Shown here piece by piece: positions 56,679 through 63,877 of a stretch of DNA of 64,000 nt. Source of the DNA: a virus. The stretch is taken from the IMG/VR virus record IMGVR_UViG_3300025929_000001, positions 31,418 through 95,417 of that record; one strand, 5' to 3'. How positions within the stretch are numbered: the first letter of the stretch is position 1; each line of letters starts with the position of its first letter. The translations under genes were made by a program, and so were the position numbers. The notes beneath the pieces were generated by a model. The model had not been told where the DNA came from and searched no databases. It saw only the letters and a list, made by a program, of their open reading frames with translations.

Positions 56679-56930
56679 TTACTCCAATACAACCGTGATA
56701 CCTGCTTGTTCGAGAACGTTGCGCAGGAGGTTGGTGACTGCTGGAGCATAAAATTGCCGGTTGGCTTCCACGACAGATATGTGGTTAGTTTCCCATTCCT
56801 CTGCTGCAACAGGATACGCAGACAAGCTAATTGCATCCTCGTCAGTGAAAAGGTAGACGGTAGGCTTAGCCGGGGTCTGGTCTGTACGACGACCGGTTGG
56901 GAAAGGCCAGGAAGTAGGTTTGTCGGACAT
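56679..56930 (-). CDS. Hypothetical protein
   Basis: AAGGA RBS. Confidence 0.6.
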   Translation of the reverse strand: MSDKPTSWPFPTGRRTDQTPAKPTVYLFTDEDAISLSAYPVAAEEWETNHISVVEANRQFYAPAVTNLLRNVLEQAGITVVLE

Positions 56931-56939
56931 TTGGGTTCC

Positions 56940-57176
56940 TTATGCTTGTGGTAAGTTGAAAAGCTCGATGTCGGTGTAGTTACCATCGGCATCTTTGAGT
57001 GCAAGAGTAAGCTTTGCCTGGTCTTGTTGAATTGCGTATTCGTACAAGCGAAGCGCATTGCGGATCACCTCTGTGTACGAAGTAGCTTCGCTCGCTTGCT
57101 TAATCCATTCCAAGCGCCGATAGCTATTTTCTGGTATCTTGAGCTTGAACTCGCGTGTTGGTTCTTTTTTAAGCAT
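56940..57176 (-). CDS. Ribbon-helix-helix-like DNA-binding protein
   Basis: F.LKIP..SY.RLE.IK....S.TEVIRNALRLYE. Confidence 0.65.
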   Translation of the reverse strand: MLKKEPTREFKLKIPENSYRRLEWIKQASEATSYTEVIRNALRLYEYAIQQDQAKLTLALKDADGNYTDIELFNLPQA

Positions 57177-57196
57177 GATATTGCTCCTATGGTGTA

Positions 57197-57251
57197 GATG
57201 CAAAGCGCATCGTATAGCCTATGTTTTGGGATAGGCTATGGGCTGAGCTTT
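57197..57251 (-). promoter_or_regulatory. RNase III-like processing stem with a switchable 5' hairpin
   Basis: AAAGCUCA-gccc-[AUAGCCUAU/AUAGGCUAU]-acga-UGCGCUUU; alternative hairpin GAUGC-GCUUU-GCAUC. Confidence 0.72.
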
Positions 57252-57257
57252 GGAGGG

Positions 57258-57776
57258 TTAAGATTCGTGCGGGTCGGCGGGGATTGGATAATCAGCGACC
57301 AGTTGTATTTGCCGTTTAATTCGTGCTAGGGCTAATTCCTTATCGCTGATGCTGGAACCGTATGTGGCGAATAGGTTGTTGTCCAATGTGCCGTTACCAC
57401 GCATATCGAACAGACGCGCCCAAGCACGCGGGCCGAAGAAGCGATTTAACCACACGTAGTGGCCGGGAGCGTCTAGTTCGTATTGCGTGAGGTTGGCGGG
57501 TTCGACCGGGTACCATTGCCCTTCACCTTTCCATTCCTTAAGTGCGAAACCCAAGTCTTGGAAATGCGGGACTAGGGTAAGTTCGCCAAAGGCGCAGTAG
57601 TGAGCGCCGCATGGGTTGCGTTCGGTTGGCTGAACTGAGCCAGGTTGCATGTAATGGCGCAGATTGAGTTCTTCCTCGGGAACCAGTGCGATGGCTTTGT
57701 AAGCCTTGTGCAGGTTGTCCAGGATGAAAGGTGTGTGGTAATAGTTGTCGTCGGTGATTGTTGGCATTGTAGGCAT
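57258..57776 (-). CDS. Hypothetical protein
   Basis: AGGAG RBS; CG..YCAFG motif. Confidence 0.65.
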   Translation of the reverse strand: MPTMPTITDDNYYHTPFILDNLHKAYKAIALVPEEELNLRHYMQPGSVQPTERNPCGAHYCAFGELTLVPHFQDLGFALKEWKGEGQWYPVEPANLTQYELDAPGHYVWLNRFFGPRAWARLFDMRGNGTLDNNLFATYGSSISDKELALARIKRQIQLVADYPIPADPHES

Positions 57777-57800
57777 GGTTAAGGCTCCTGAGTTGGTGAG

Positions 57801-57853
57801 GATGCAAAGCGCATCTGGTTACTCCCTTAGTAGGAAGTAACGGGCTGAGCTTT
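57801..57853 (-). promoter_or_regulatory. RNase III-like processing stem with a switchable 5' hairpin
   Basis: AAAGCUCA-gccc-[GUUACUUCC/GGGAGUAAC]-caga-UGCGCUUU; same flanks as 57197 but a different upper stem. Confidence 0.72.
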
Positions 57854-57913
57854 ATACGAAATAATGCACTGCGGGGAATAGGCAATGCATTATGGGCGGG
57901 GCTTTATGGATGG

Positions 57914-58153
57914 TTATTGGAAACTGCCGAGCAATTGTTGAGCTAAGGCCATGTTTAAGATTTCTATACAATCGGCAATGTCGTAGAGTTGCGATTCAAC
58001 GCCGGTTTCGAGATTGAGGACACGGAACAGCGGGTTCGCAAAGCAAGGTGCCATATAGGAGGCTATGGTGTCGACGATGCAATAATGCTGCTTGCGGTAC
58101 ATAACGCGGCGACCGCCGATGATTGTATCTTCGTTGGGTGTTTGGGCTGGCAT
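57914..58153 (-). CDS. Hypothetical protein
   Basis: GGAGGAG RBS. Confidence 0.6.
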   Translation of the reverse strand: MPAQTPNEDTIIGGRRVMYRKQHYCIVDTIASYMAPCFANPLFRVLNLETGVESQLYDIADCIEILNMALAQQLLGSFQ

Positions 58154-58154
58154 G

Positions 58155-58430
58155 TTAAGGCTCCTCCATTGTTGGTACGGAAGCAGACGCAGCAACTGCA
58201 TCTGCACGCTTAATAAACTTTTTCATATCCAGCCAAGAGTAGGTATAAACTGGCGGATATATTTGCTGCTTGTGATAACGGTTGGCATATCGCATCGCTC
58301 CAGCTTGCGTCAGGAATGCATAAAGCTTTCCCTTAACTTCCACACAGTAGAGCGGACGTCCCTTTTGAGCACAGGTCCGAGGCACAATTTGCTTCATATT
58401 GCTCGGCCAGATAAATGGAGGCTTTGCCAT
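58155..58430 (-). CDS. Hypothetical protein
   Basis: In-chain ORF. Confidence 0.5.
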   Translation of the reverse strand: MAKPPFIWPSNMKQIVPRTCAQKGRPLYCVEVKGKLYAFLTQAGAMRYANRYHKQQIYPPVYTYSWLDMKKFIKRADAVAASASVPTMEEP

Positions 58431-58432
58431 GG

Positions 58433-59317
58433 TTATTGGTTTTGGAGCTGAGCAAGGTAGTTCATCCGCCAATTGCATGTTTGGGCGACGTAGTCTTGCA
58501 ACTGGACGAGATCATGCTGTTCCTTAAGCACCCAAGAATCCCATGTGAGGCCGAAAGGCTTAATGGACTCGAGAAACATCGGGTGCGGTACGGAATGCAT
58601 AAACTTCAGCGCTTGTTGCTTAGCAGCTTCGACCTGCTCGTCCCGATGACGGTTGGTGTAGGCAATTTCATCCCGAATCTTGTCGAAATGGGTGGCCACA
58701 CCGTCTTGGGTTATGAGTTCTTGGAAATCGGTGTATTGATTTTGATCCAAGCGCTGTATGAGATCGAGAGTTCCTTGCGCGAACGTTTTGGGCATCTCAG
58801 GCGGTAGGCCTTTAACCGGTGGCTCACCAATTTTGCGATTGGCGTTAGCGACCTGGGCTTTTGTGACTGTGCGCCGTGAATGCTGATACGTTTTGTCGTA
58901 ATCGATAAGCGCAGGGATGTCAAGGATACTACGCTGCCAAGGTAAATCTTGGATAGGTAGCGGTTGCTCGAGATATGTGCAGTATTCGATGAGCCGTTCG
59001 CGTTGGAAGTCGTCCAGGACGTAGTTGGTTACGATGTCCATAATGTTCTGGTCGCTTAAATGTGCGAAGGACAGCAGTTGAGAAACTACGATACCATCGT
59101 CGCCCTTGAACATAAAGGCGAGATCCACATAATTGGAAGGCTTCGCAATATTCCAACTGTTGTCTACCGGGTTGAAGCATCGATACACATAACGTTGTCC
59201 ATACGCAGACTTACTTTCGATCCAACTAAGCATAGTTGTGAACCGACCAAACACGTAAGGGAAGCGTTCATTACTGTACGCGTTACTTTCAGAATCGTAA
59301 TTTAATAGTTGTAGCAT
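58433..59317 (-). CDS. Hypothetical protein (294 aa)
   Basis: GGAG RBS; long ORF. Confidence 0.7.
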   Translation of the reverse strand: MLQLLNYDSESNAYSNERFPYVFGRFTTMLSWIESKSAYGQRYVYRCFNPVDNSWNIAKPSNYVDLAFMFKGDDGIVVSQLLSFAHLSDQNIMDIVTNYVLDDFQRERLIEYCTYLEQPLPIQDLPWQRSILDIPALIDYDKTYQHSRRTVTKAQVANANRKIGEPPVKGLPPEMPKTFAQGTLDLIQRLDQNQYTDFQELITQDGVATHFDKIRDEIAYTNRHRDEQVEAAKQQALKFMHSVPHPMFLESIKPFGLTWDSWVLKEQHDLVQLQDYVAQTCNWRMNYLAQLQNQ

Positions 59318-59319
59318 GG

Positions 59320-59880
59320 ATGTGACTCCGGTTGGTTGTGCTGCGTTGAAAACTTAATTGTACAGGTAGATTAGTTGGATATGCTAGTGGGTTATATGTA
59401 GGCCGGGTACTTAATTTGTGGTCGGGAGGGTAATATAATAGTGAAGCGCTGCGTTAGCAAACTAAGCCGCACATACAATATAAAAAATACTTTTTTACCC
59501 TACGGCCCCACCTCCCTACCCTAAAATTGAACAAACCCATTACTAATCATACTAAACCTGTATATTCACTACTATTTTACCTATATAAACACCCTTTTTA
59601 TCATCATTAGCATGCTAGTACAGTTTTAAACAGCATCTGCACTCCTGATAGAGATTTTTATATACCAAGGGTGGGTACCCAAAATCCTGAGCAGGTAAAA
59701 TTAGTACTATCGCGGCATAGTTTCTGCCGAGAATTAGTGACCAACCCTACCTACCCTAAAAATGCAGTCAACTAAGGGGTCTGTCACACCCCTTAAGTAA
59801 TGCATTCAACTCTTTTTATAGCCTCCCTGCCCAAATAATAGTGATAAAACACACTATGGCGAGCAAGAGAGCGATATGCA
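59320..59880. other. ~560-bp AT-rich non-coding region (origin/control region candidate)
   Basis: No ORF of 60 aa or more; strand-skewed CTACCCTAAA repeats; motifs shared with 63.7 kb; two hairpins at 59760-59875. Confidence 0.5.
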
Positions 59881-59883
59881 TGA

Positions 59884-60141
59884 TTATCCAACCTTCCTTA
59901 TGTCGTCCAGCCAGGATTCCATAGCATTACGGAACACAAGCAAGTCAAATAATATGGCTTCGTGACCCTGAACCAGCGTCCCTGCTCCAGAAAAATTGAC
60001 AGCAGTCACGTCCACATGGTGACGAAACGCGGGATTGTCCAGAATACGGTACAAATGCTCCGCATATTGTTCAGCGCGGTCCAGATCGGCTTCGAAACTA
60101 GCACTGTCGTAAACAGCCGACTCGTTGGATTGTGTGGTCAT
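59884..60141 (-). CDS. Hypothetical protein
   Basis: AAGGAG RBS. Confidence 0.6.
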   Translation of the reverse strand: MTTQSNESAVYDSASFEADLDRAEQYAEHLYRILDNPAFRHHVDVTAVNFSGAGTLVQGHEAILFDLLVFRNAMESWLDDIRKVG

Positions 60142-60352
60142 CTTAATCTCCTTAACGGTTTAAACGGGTTTTAAGCGCTTTAAATGCAAAGCTAGGGTTA
60201 GGTACCAGCTACCCGTTAAAAACAGCGTAGCGGTACCGCAAAACGCGTGCTATGGGGTTGATTTAATGCGCTTTAAAACCCTTAATACCGGGCGAAAGTA
60301 CCCGACACTAACCGCACCATTCGAGATAGTGTGGTTAGTAGCTGATCCTTTC

Positions 60353-60700
60353 TTAACCGCCCATGCGATTATTACGGGCGTCTTCTTCGTACTCGGCAGC
60401 TTGCCATGAGTCGTACGCTTCCTTAGTCTGGAACAGGTAGCCAACCCAATCGTGATCGTCGTCACTTTGTGGGTCAGGGCGCCATTCGCAACGCCACACC
60501 CCTACCACATCGCATTCTGAACGGCGCCAGTTGGTCTTGGGGTCGATTGCGAAGCATGGGTCCCACATATCGTCGCTAGATGGACCATTCTCGACATCTG
60601 CATACATGAAGGTTTCAAACCCTGCCGCAATCACGGCGGCTTTCCAAGTCTTGAAATCGTGATAGGTGCTTGTAACAATCATTGAGCTGAGGGGCATCAT
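60353..60700 (-). CDS. Hypothetical protein (paralog of 53114..53452)
   Basis: AAGGAG RBS. Confidence 0.65.
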   Translation of the reverse strand: MMPLSSMIVTSTYHDFKTWKAAVIAAGFETFMYADVENGPSSDDMWDPCFAIDPKTNWRRSECDVVGVWRCEWRPDPQSDDDHDWVGYLFQTKEAYDSWQAAEYEEDARNNRMGG

Positions 60701-60702
60701 AA

Positions 60703-61011
60703 TTACTCCTTAATGTAAGAACCGACGATTGCGCAGCCCGGATGTGCATTGCGAGCAGCTTCTTCAGCATCCGCTTGCAGACCGAAGTAACCATACTCGA
60801 ATTGCCCATCGCCAGCGCGTTCGACGAGGACTGCCCATTCGCGATGCGGCTCCTCATACGGGCGAACGTTAACCGATTCGGTCACGTTATTCAGGTAGGA
60901 CAGATAGTGCAAATCGCCTTCCTTAATGCCGCGCTGGATCGCATGCCCAAACAGCTCTTCGCTGACATGGTTGCCAACCGTTATTTCAACTACGAAAGTC
61001 TTACTTGCCAT
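60703..61011 (-). CDS. Hypothetical protein
   Basis: AAGGAG RBS. Confidence 0.65.
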   Translation of the reverse strand: MASKTFVVEITVGNHVSEELFGHAIQRGIKEGDLHYLSYLNNVTESVNVRPYEEPHREWAVLVERAGDGQFEYGYFGLQADAEEAARNAHPGCAIVGSYIKE

Positions 61012-61032
61012 GATGTATTTCTCCTTAGTTGT

Positions 61033-61088
61033 GCTTCGAGAGTGAAGCCAATAGCCAACTCGTTGGAGAAGGCTATTAAATTACTCTC
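61033..61088 (-). promoter_or_regulatory. RNase III-like processing stem with a switchable 5' hairpin
   Basis: GAGAGU..[AAUAGCC/GGCUAUU]..ACUCUC; alternative hairpin GCUUC-ACUCUC-GAAGC. Confidence 0.65.
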
Positions 61089-61352
61089 TTATTTACACTT
61101 GTGCTGGAACAGACGCCCTGCGGACATTTCCCTAGAGCATCCAGGGCAGATTGCACGGACACGGTGGAATTCCTTACGCTCGCGTGCATCTTCGAGACTG
61201 CGAACGTAAATGAATACGCCTTGCACCATGCGCATCGGTAGACCGCCAGCAGGCCATTTAGCCTTAGGATCCAGACCCATAAGAATTTTCATTCCTGAGT
61301 CGTGAACGTTGCGCTTATGTTCTGGCCAGCGAGGGTCAATGATTTTATACAT
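61089..61352 (-). CDS. Small Zn-binding hypothetical protein
   Basis: HRV...CP.C....SAGRL.QH.CK; AAGGAG RBS. Confidence 0.65.
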   Translation of the reverse strand: MYKIIDPRWPEHKRNVHDSGMKILMGLDPKAKWPAGGLPMRMVQGVFIYVRSLEDARERKEFHRVRAICPGCSREMSAGRLFQHKCK

Positions 61353-61379
61353 GTGCGGACTCCTTATTTGTGAGTGTGG

Positions 61380-61694
61380 TTAATGAAGGTGCTTATCGCT
61401 AGGCACGTCAGGAATAAAGCCCATCATCTTCTGGAGCTTGGTGTTAAATTCCAGCGCCAGCTGACGATATTGCTCGGGCGTGACTTCCATCTTAGCGCAG
61501 ATTTCAGAATTGTCGCACTCGTCACAGAGTGCAATATGTTCCGTTTCGTTACCAATAGCGTCCATCACCATCGCGAACACAACCGCAGGATTTTCAGCCT
61601 GGAGAATCATGTTCGCGATGCCGGTAAACGCCTCGGCAATAAACTGCGCCACCCTTAGTTCTTCCTGCGACAGAGGTTGCTTTTCGTCGTTCAT
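61380..61694 (-). CDS. Hypothetical protein
   Basis: AAGGAG RBS. Confidence 0.6.
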   Translation of the reverse strand: MNDEKQPLSQEELRVAQFIAEAFTGIANMILQAENPAVVFAMVMDAIGNETEHIALCDECDNSEICAKMEVTPEQYRQLALEFNTKLQKMMGFIPDVPSDKHLH

Positions 61695-61873
61695 GCTTGT
61701 GGCTCCTTATCCTGAGCAACTGCTTGAGTCATGAAGTTACGAATTGCTTCCGTGGTCGTGACACCCCGACGAATACAGAGCGCGTTAAATTCGTCACGAA
61801 GCTTAAGCGGGACCCGAATCGTTACCGGGCCCATATCCTCCTTGGGAGGCTTAGGTGCGAATACGTCAAACAT
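61691..61873 (-). CDS. Ribbon-helix-helix (CopG/Arc-like) protein
   Basis: VTIRVP..LRDEF..LC..RGVT.TEAIRNFM. Confidence 0.7.
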   Translation of the reverse strand: MFDVFAPKPPKEDMGPVTIRVPLKLRDEFNALCIRRGVTTTEAIRNFMTQAVAQDKEPQA

Positions 61874-61942
61874 GATAGTTACCTTTTGGAAAACCGGACA
61901 AGGCGTCCGCATAAGGGCCACGAAGACCCTTAAACTGAAACC

Positions 61943-62161
61943 TTATTCTTCTGGATCATCTCCAGAATCTTCATCTTCCCCTTGCAGCTCGCGAATCCAG
62001 CAAGCCTTAGCTTCAATCCCATAACTTTCGAGAACGAAGGCCGGATCCATATTTAAGGTCTGGACCATGTGCTGCATATCGTGAACTTCAGACTCCGCAT
62101 CGTCAATATTCGTGAAATCGGTAATTTGAGTCATTTCTTGCGCGAGGGAGATATTGGACAT
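61943..62161 (-). CDS. Small acidic protein
   Basis: AAGGAG RBS; D/E-rich. Confidence 0.6.
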   Translation of the reverse strand: MSNISLAQEMTQITDFTNIDDAESEVHDMQHMVQTLNMDPAFVLESYGIEAKACWIRELQGEDEDSGDDPEE

Positions 62162-62189
62162 TTCGAGACTCCTTAATTAGTGTGGTTAA

Positions 62190-62242
62190 CGGGCAAGCCG
62201 CCCGACTAAGGACTCCCGAGGGAATCCTTAAGCTGAAGGCTT
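62190..62242 (-). promoter_or_regulatory. RNase III-like processing stem with a switchable 5' hairpin
   Basis: AAGCC..[UAAGGAUUCC cucg GGAGUCCUUA]..GGCUU; alternative hairpin CGGGC-GGCUU-GCCCG. Confidence 0.68.
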
Positions 62243-62244
62243 AA

Positions 62245-62376
62245 TTACGGTCGTCGTGAGCACATGTGAAATCCAGACCCTGCCAGGGTGTCCCAGATGC
62301 GCTGTGCGTCGTACAGATTGTGTAGAACCGCGTGCTCGTAGCGATGATCGCTATTCCTGAACCAAATTGTGAACAT
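62245..62376 (-). CDS. 43-aa hypothetical protein not in the ORF track
   Basis: AGGAGCTTACC-ATG; MFTIWFRNSDHRYEHAVLHNLYDAQRIWDTLAGSGFHMCSRRP. Confidence 0.65.
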   Translation of the reverse strand: MFTIWFRNSDHRYEHAVLHNLYDAQRIWDTLAGSGFHMCSRRP

Positions 62377-62416
62377 GGTAAGCTCCTAAAATCGAGAATT
62401 GATTAGTTAGTCAGGA

Positions 62417-62623
62417 TTATGCTTCGACCTCGGCGGTAAGTTCACCGAAGTAAAGCGCTCCATGGACAATCGCCGCAAGAATGTGGTAGGCAATCACAGC
62501 CCACACAATGCCGCGATAAATCAACCCATAGTTGCCCAGTTCCATTATTGCCACTTGGTCAAAGGCCGCGAGCAGGAATGCGGTCAGGGTCGCGAACGTA
62601 AACTTGGTGAGGGACTTGATCAT
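62417..62623 (-). CDS. Small two-TM membrane protein
   Basis: AGGAGAAATACC-ATG; two hydrophobic helices. Confidence 0.65.
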   Translation of the reverse strand: MIKSLTKFTFATLTAFLLAAFDQVAIMELGNYGLIYRGIVWAVIAYHILAAIVHGALYFGELTAEVEA

Positions 62624-62652
62624 GGTATTTCTCCTAGTGAATGGATTGTTTG

Positions 62653-62714
62653 GTACTGCGGGTACTTCTTGGAGGCCACTAACCGTTATAGTGAGTGACC
62701 TCTAAGAAATACCC
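62653..62714 (-). promoter_or_regulatory. Long RNase III-like stem
   Basis: GGGUAUUUCUU-a-GAGGUCACU...AGUGGCCUC-c-AAGAAGUACCC (~20 bp), preceded by a CCAGGCC-GCAA-GGCCUGG hairpin. Confidence 0.65.
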
Positions 62715-62744
62715 AGGCCTTGCGGCCTGGATACTTGCTGCTAG

Positions 62745-63308
62745 TTAAGCCTTGCCTTGCTTAGCCAGCTGGAACTGCGTGGAAACAGTGGCCGGGTTGA
62801 TATAGTTGCTACCCGAGAAATGTTCCTTTACTTCCTTGCGGGTCATGGTCGGGTTTGCGTGCACGAACTCACGAACCCGCTTGCATGCGCCAGCGTTATT
62901 GCTTGGGGCGTTCTTTTGCTCCCCTGCCACTGCACGAACCGACATGGTATTGGGCACTGGCAATCCGTGCTGCGCAGCCAGGGCTTGCACTGCGGCCATG
63001 TATGCTGCTTGCTTGGCGTGCAATGTTGCCCCTTGGGACTGTTGCTTCAGCTCAGCGTTGCGACGTGCACGCAGCGTATTCCCAATCGCAGCGACGCGAT
63101 TTGCGCGGCGAACATAGTGCTCAGCGGAAAATTTCGCTGGTGCCACGACCTCTTCAACTACCGGGGTCGTCAGTTCTTGCTGCATTGGAACAGTGTGCTG
63201 CTCAGCCACAACAGTGTGCTGCTCTGCAACATCGTGCTGTTGGGCCACTTGCTGGGCGACAACTGCATTGTTGTTGCGGGAAGCTTTGGATTGTGCGGAT
63301 GCTTTCAT
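62745..63308 (-). CDS. First early gene, with a divergent C-terminal copy of the paralogous helical domain
   Basis: AGGAGAAATACC-ATG; GACKRV.E...RKEV...INPATVSTQF. Confidence 0.7.
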   Translation of the reverse strand: MKASAQSKASRNNNAVVAQQVAQQHDVAEQHTVVAEQHTVPMQQELTTPVVEEVVAPAKFSAEHYVRRANRVAAIGNTLRARRNAELKQQSQGATLHAKQAAYMAAVQALAAQHGLPVPNTMSVRAVAGEQKNAPSNNAGACKRVREFVHANPTMTRKEVKEHFSGSNYINPATVSTQFQLAKQGKA

Positions 63309-63696
63309 GGTATTTCTCCTAAGTAAGTGTTGGTCATTGGCAACATGCTGCACTATTGCAACATGCTCCCAAATGCCGCCTGTCACGCGGACACTTGCTG
63401 GCCTACCTGCTACTAACGCCCGTGCTATAGGGCAACAGTTTACGGTCAGTAAGGTTTCCATGCGCCAAGAGAGTTATCTTGTCCTACCCTTTGTTCCCAC
63501 TAGGCCAATAAAGGCTATAGCTTCCCGGGGGCAAGTCGTAACGCATGTTGCACTGTAGTAACAGCGCGAGCTAGATTTTTAAAGAACATCCCCCTCGCCC
63601 GGGTGCGATGTGCACCTGGACCGTACCACAGGACCGCGCGCGGGCAGCGCGACCCCCTACCACCTACCCCCTTGCTTGTTGTTTACCAATGACTAA

Positions 63697-63724
63697 AGTA
63701 TAGCACGTACTGCGCACCTTGCCA
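63697..63724 (-). promoter_or_regulatory. Early sigma70 promoter with extended -10 and an A-rich UP-like element
   Basis: TGGCAA-16-TATACT with TGn; A-tracts upstream. Confidence 0.6.
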
Positions 63725-63792
63725 GCCCCTTTTGCATGTTTTTATATTGTATGTTCCTATCAGCCTGATAGAGATTATATCTTGCATCTAGT

Positions 63793-63877
63793 CAACGTTG
63801 CCTGGTGGCATTGTTGCCTGGTCGCCACTGTTGCCTGGGTGCACTGTTTCTGTTCTGCAACGTTGCCTGGTCGCAAC
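63793..63877 (+). repeat. Five ~16-bp tandem repeats (CAxxGTTGCCTGGTxG)
   Basis: caacgttgcctggtgg / cattgttgcctggtcgc / cactgttgcctgggtg / cactgtttctgttctg / caacgttgcctggtcg. Confidence 0.8.
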
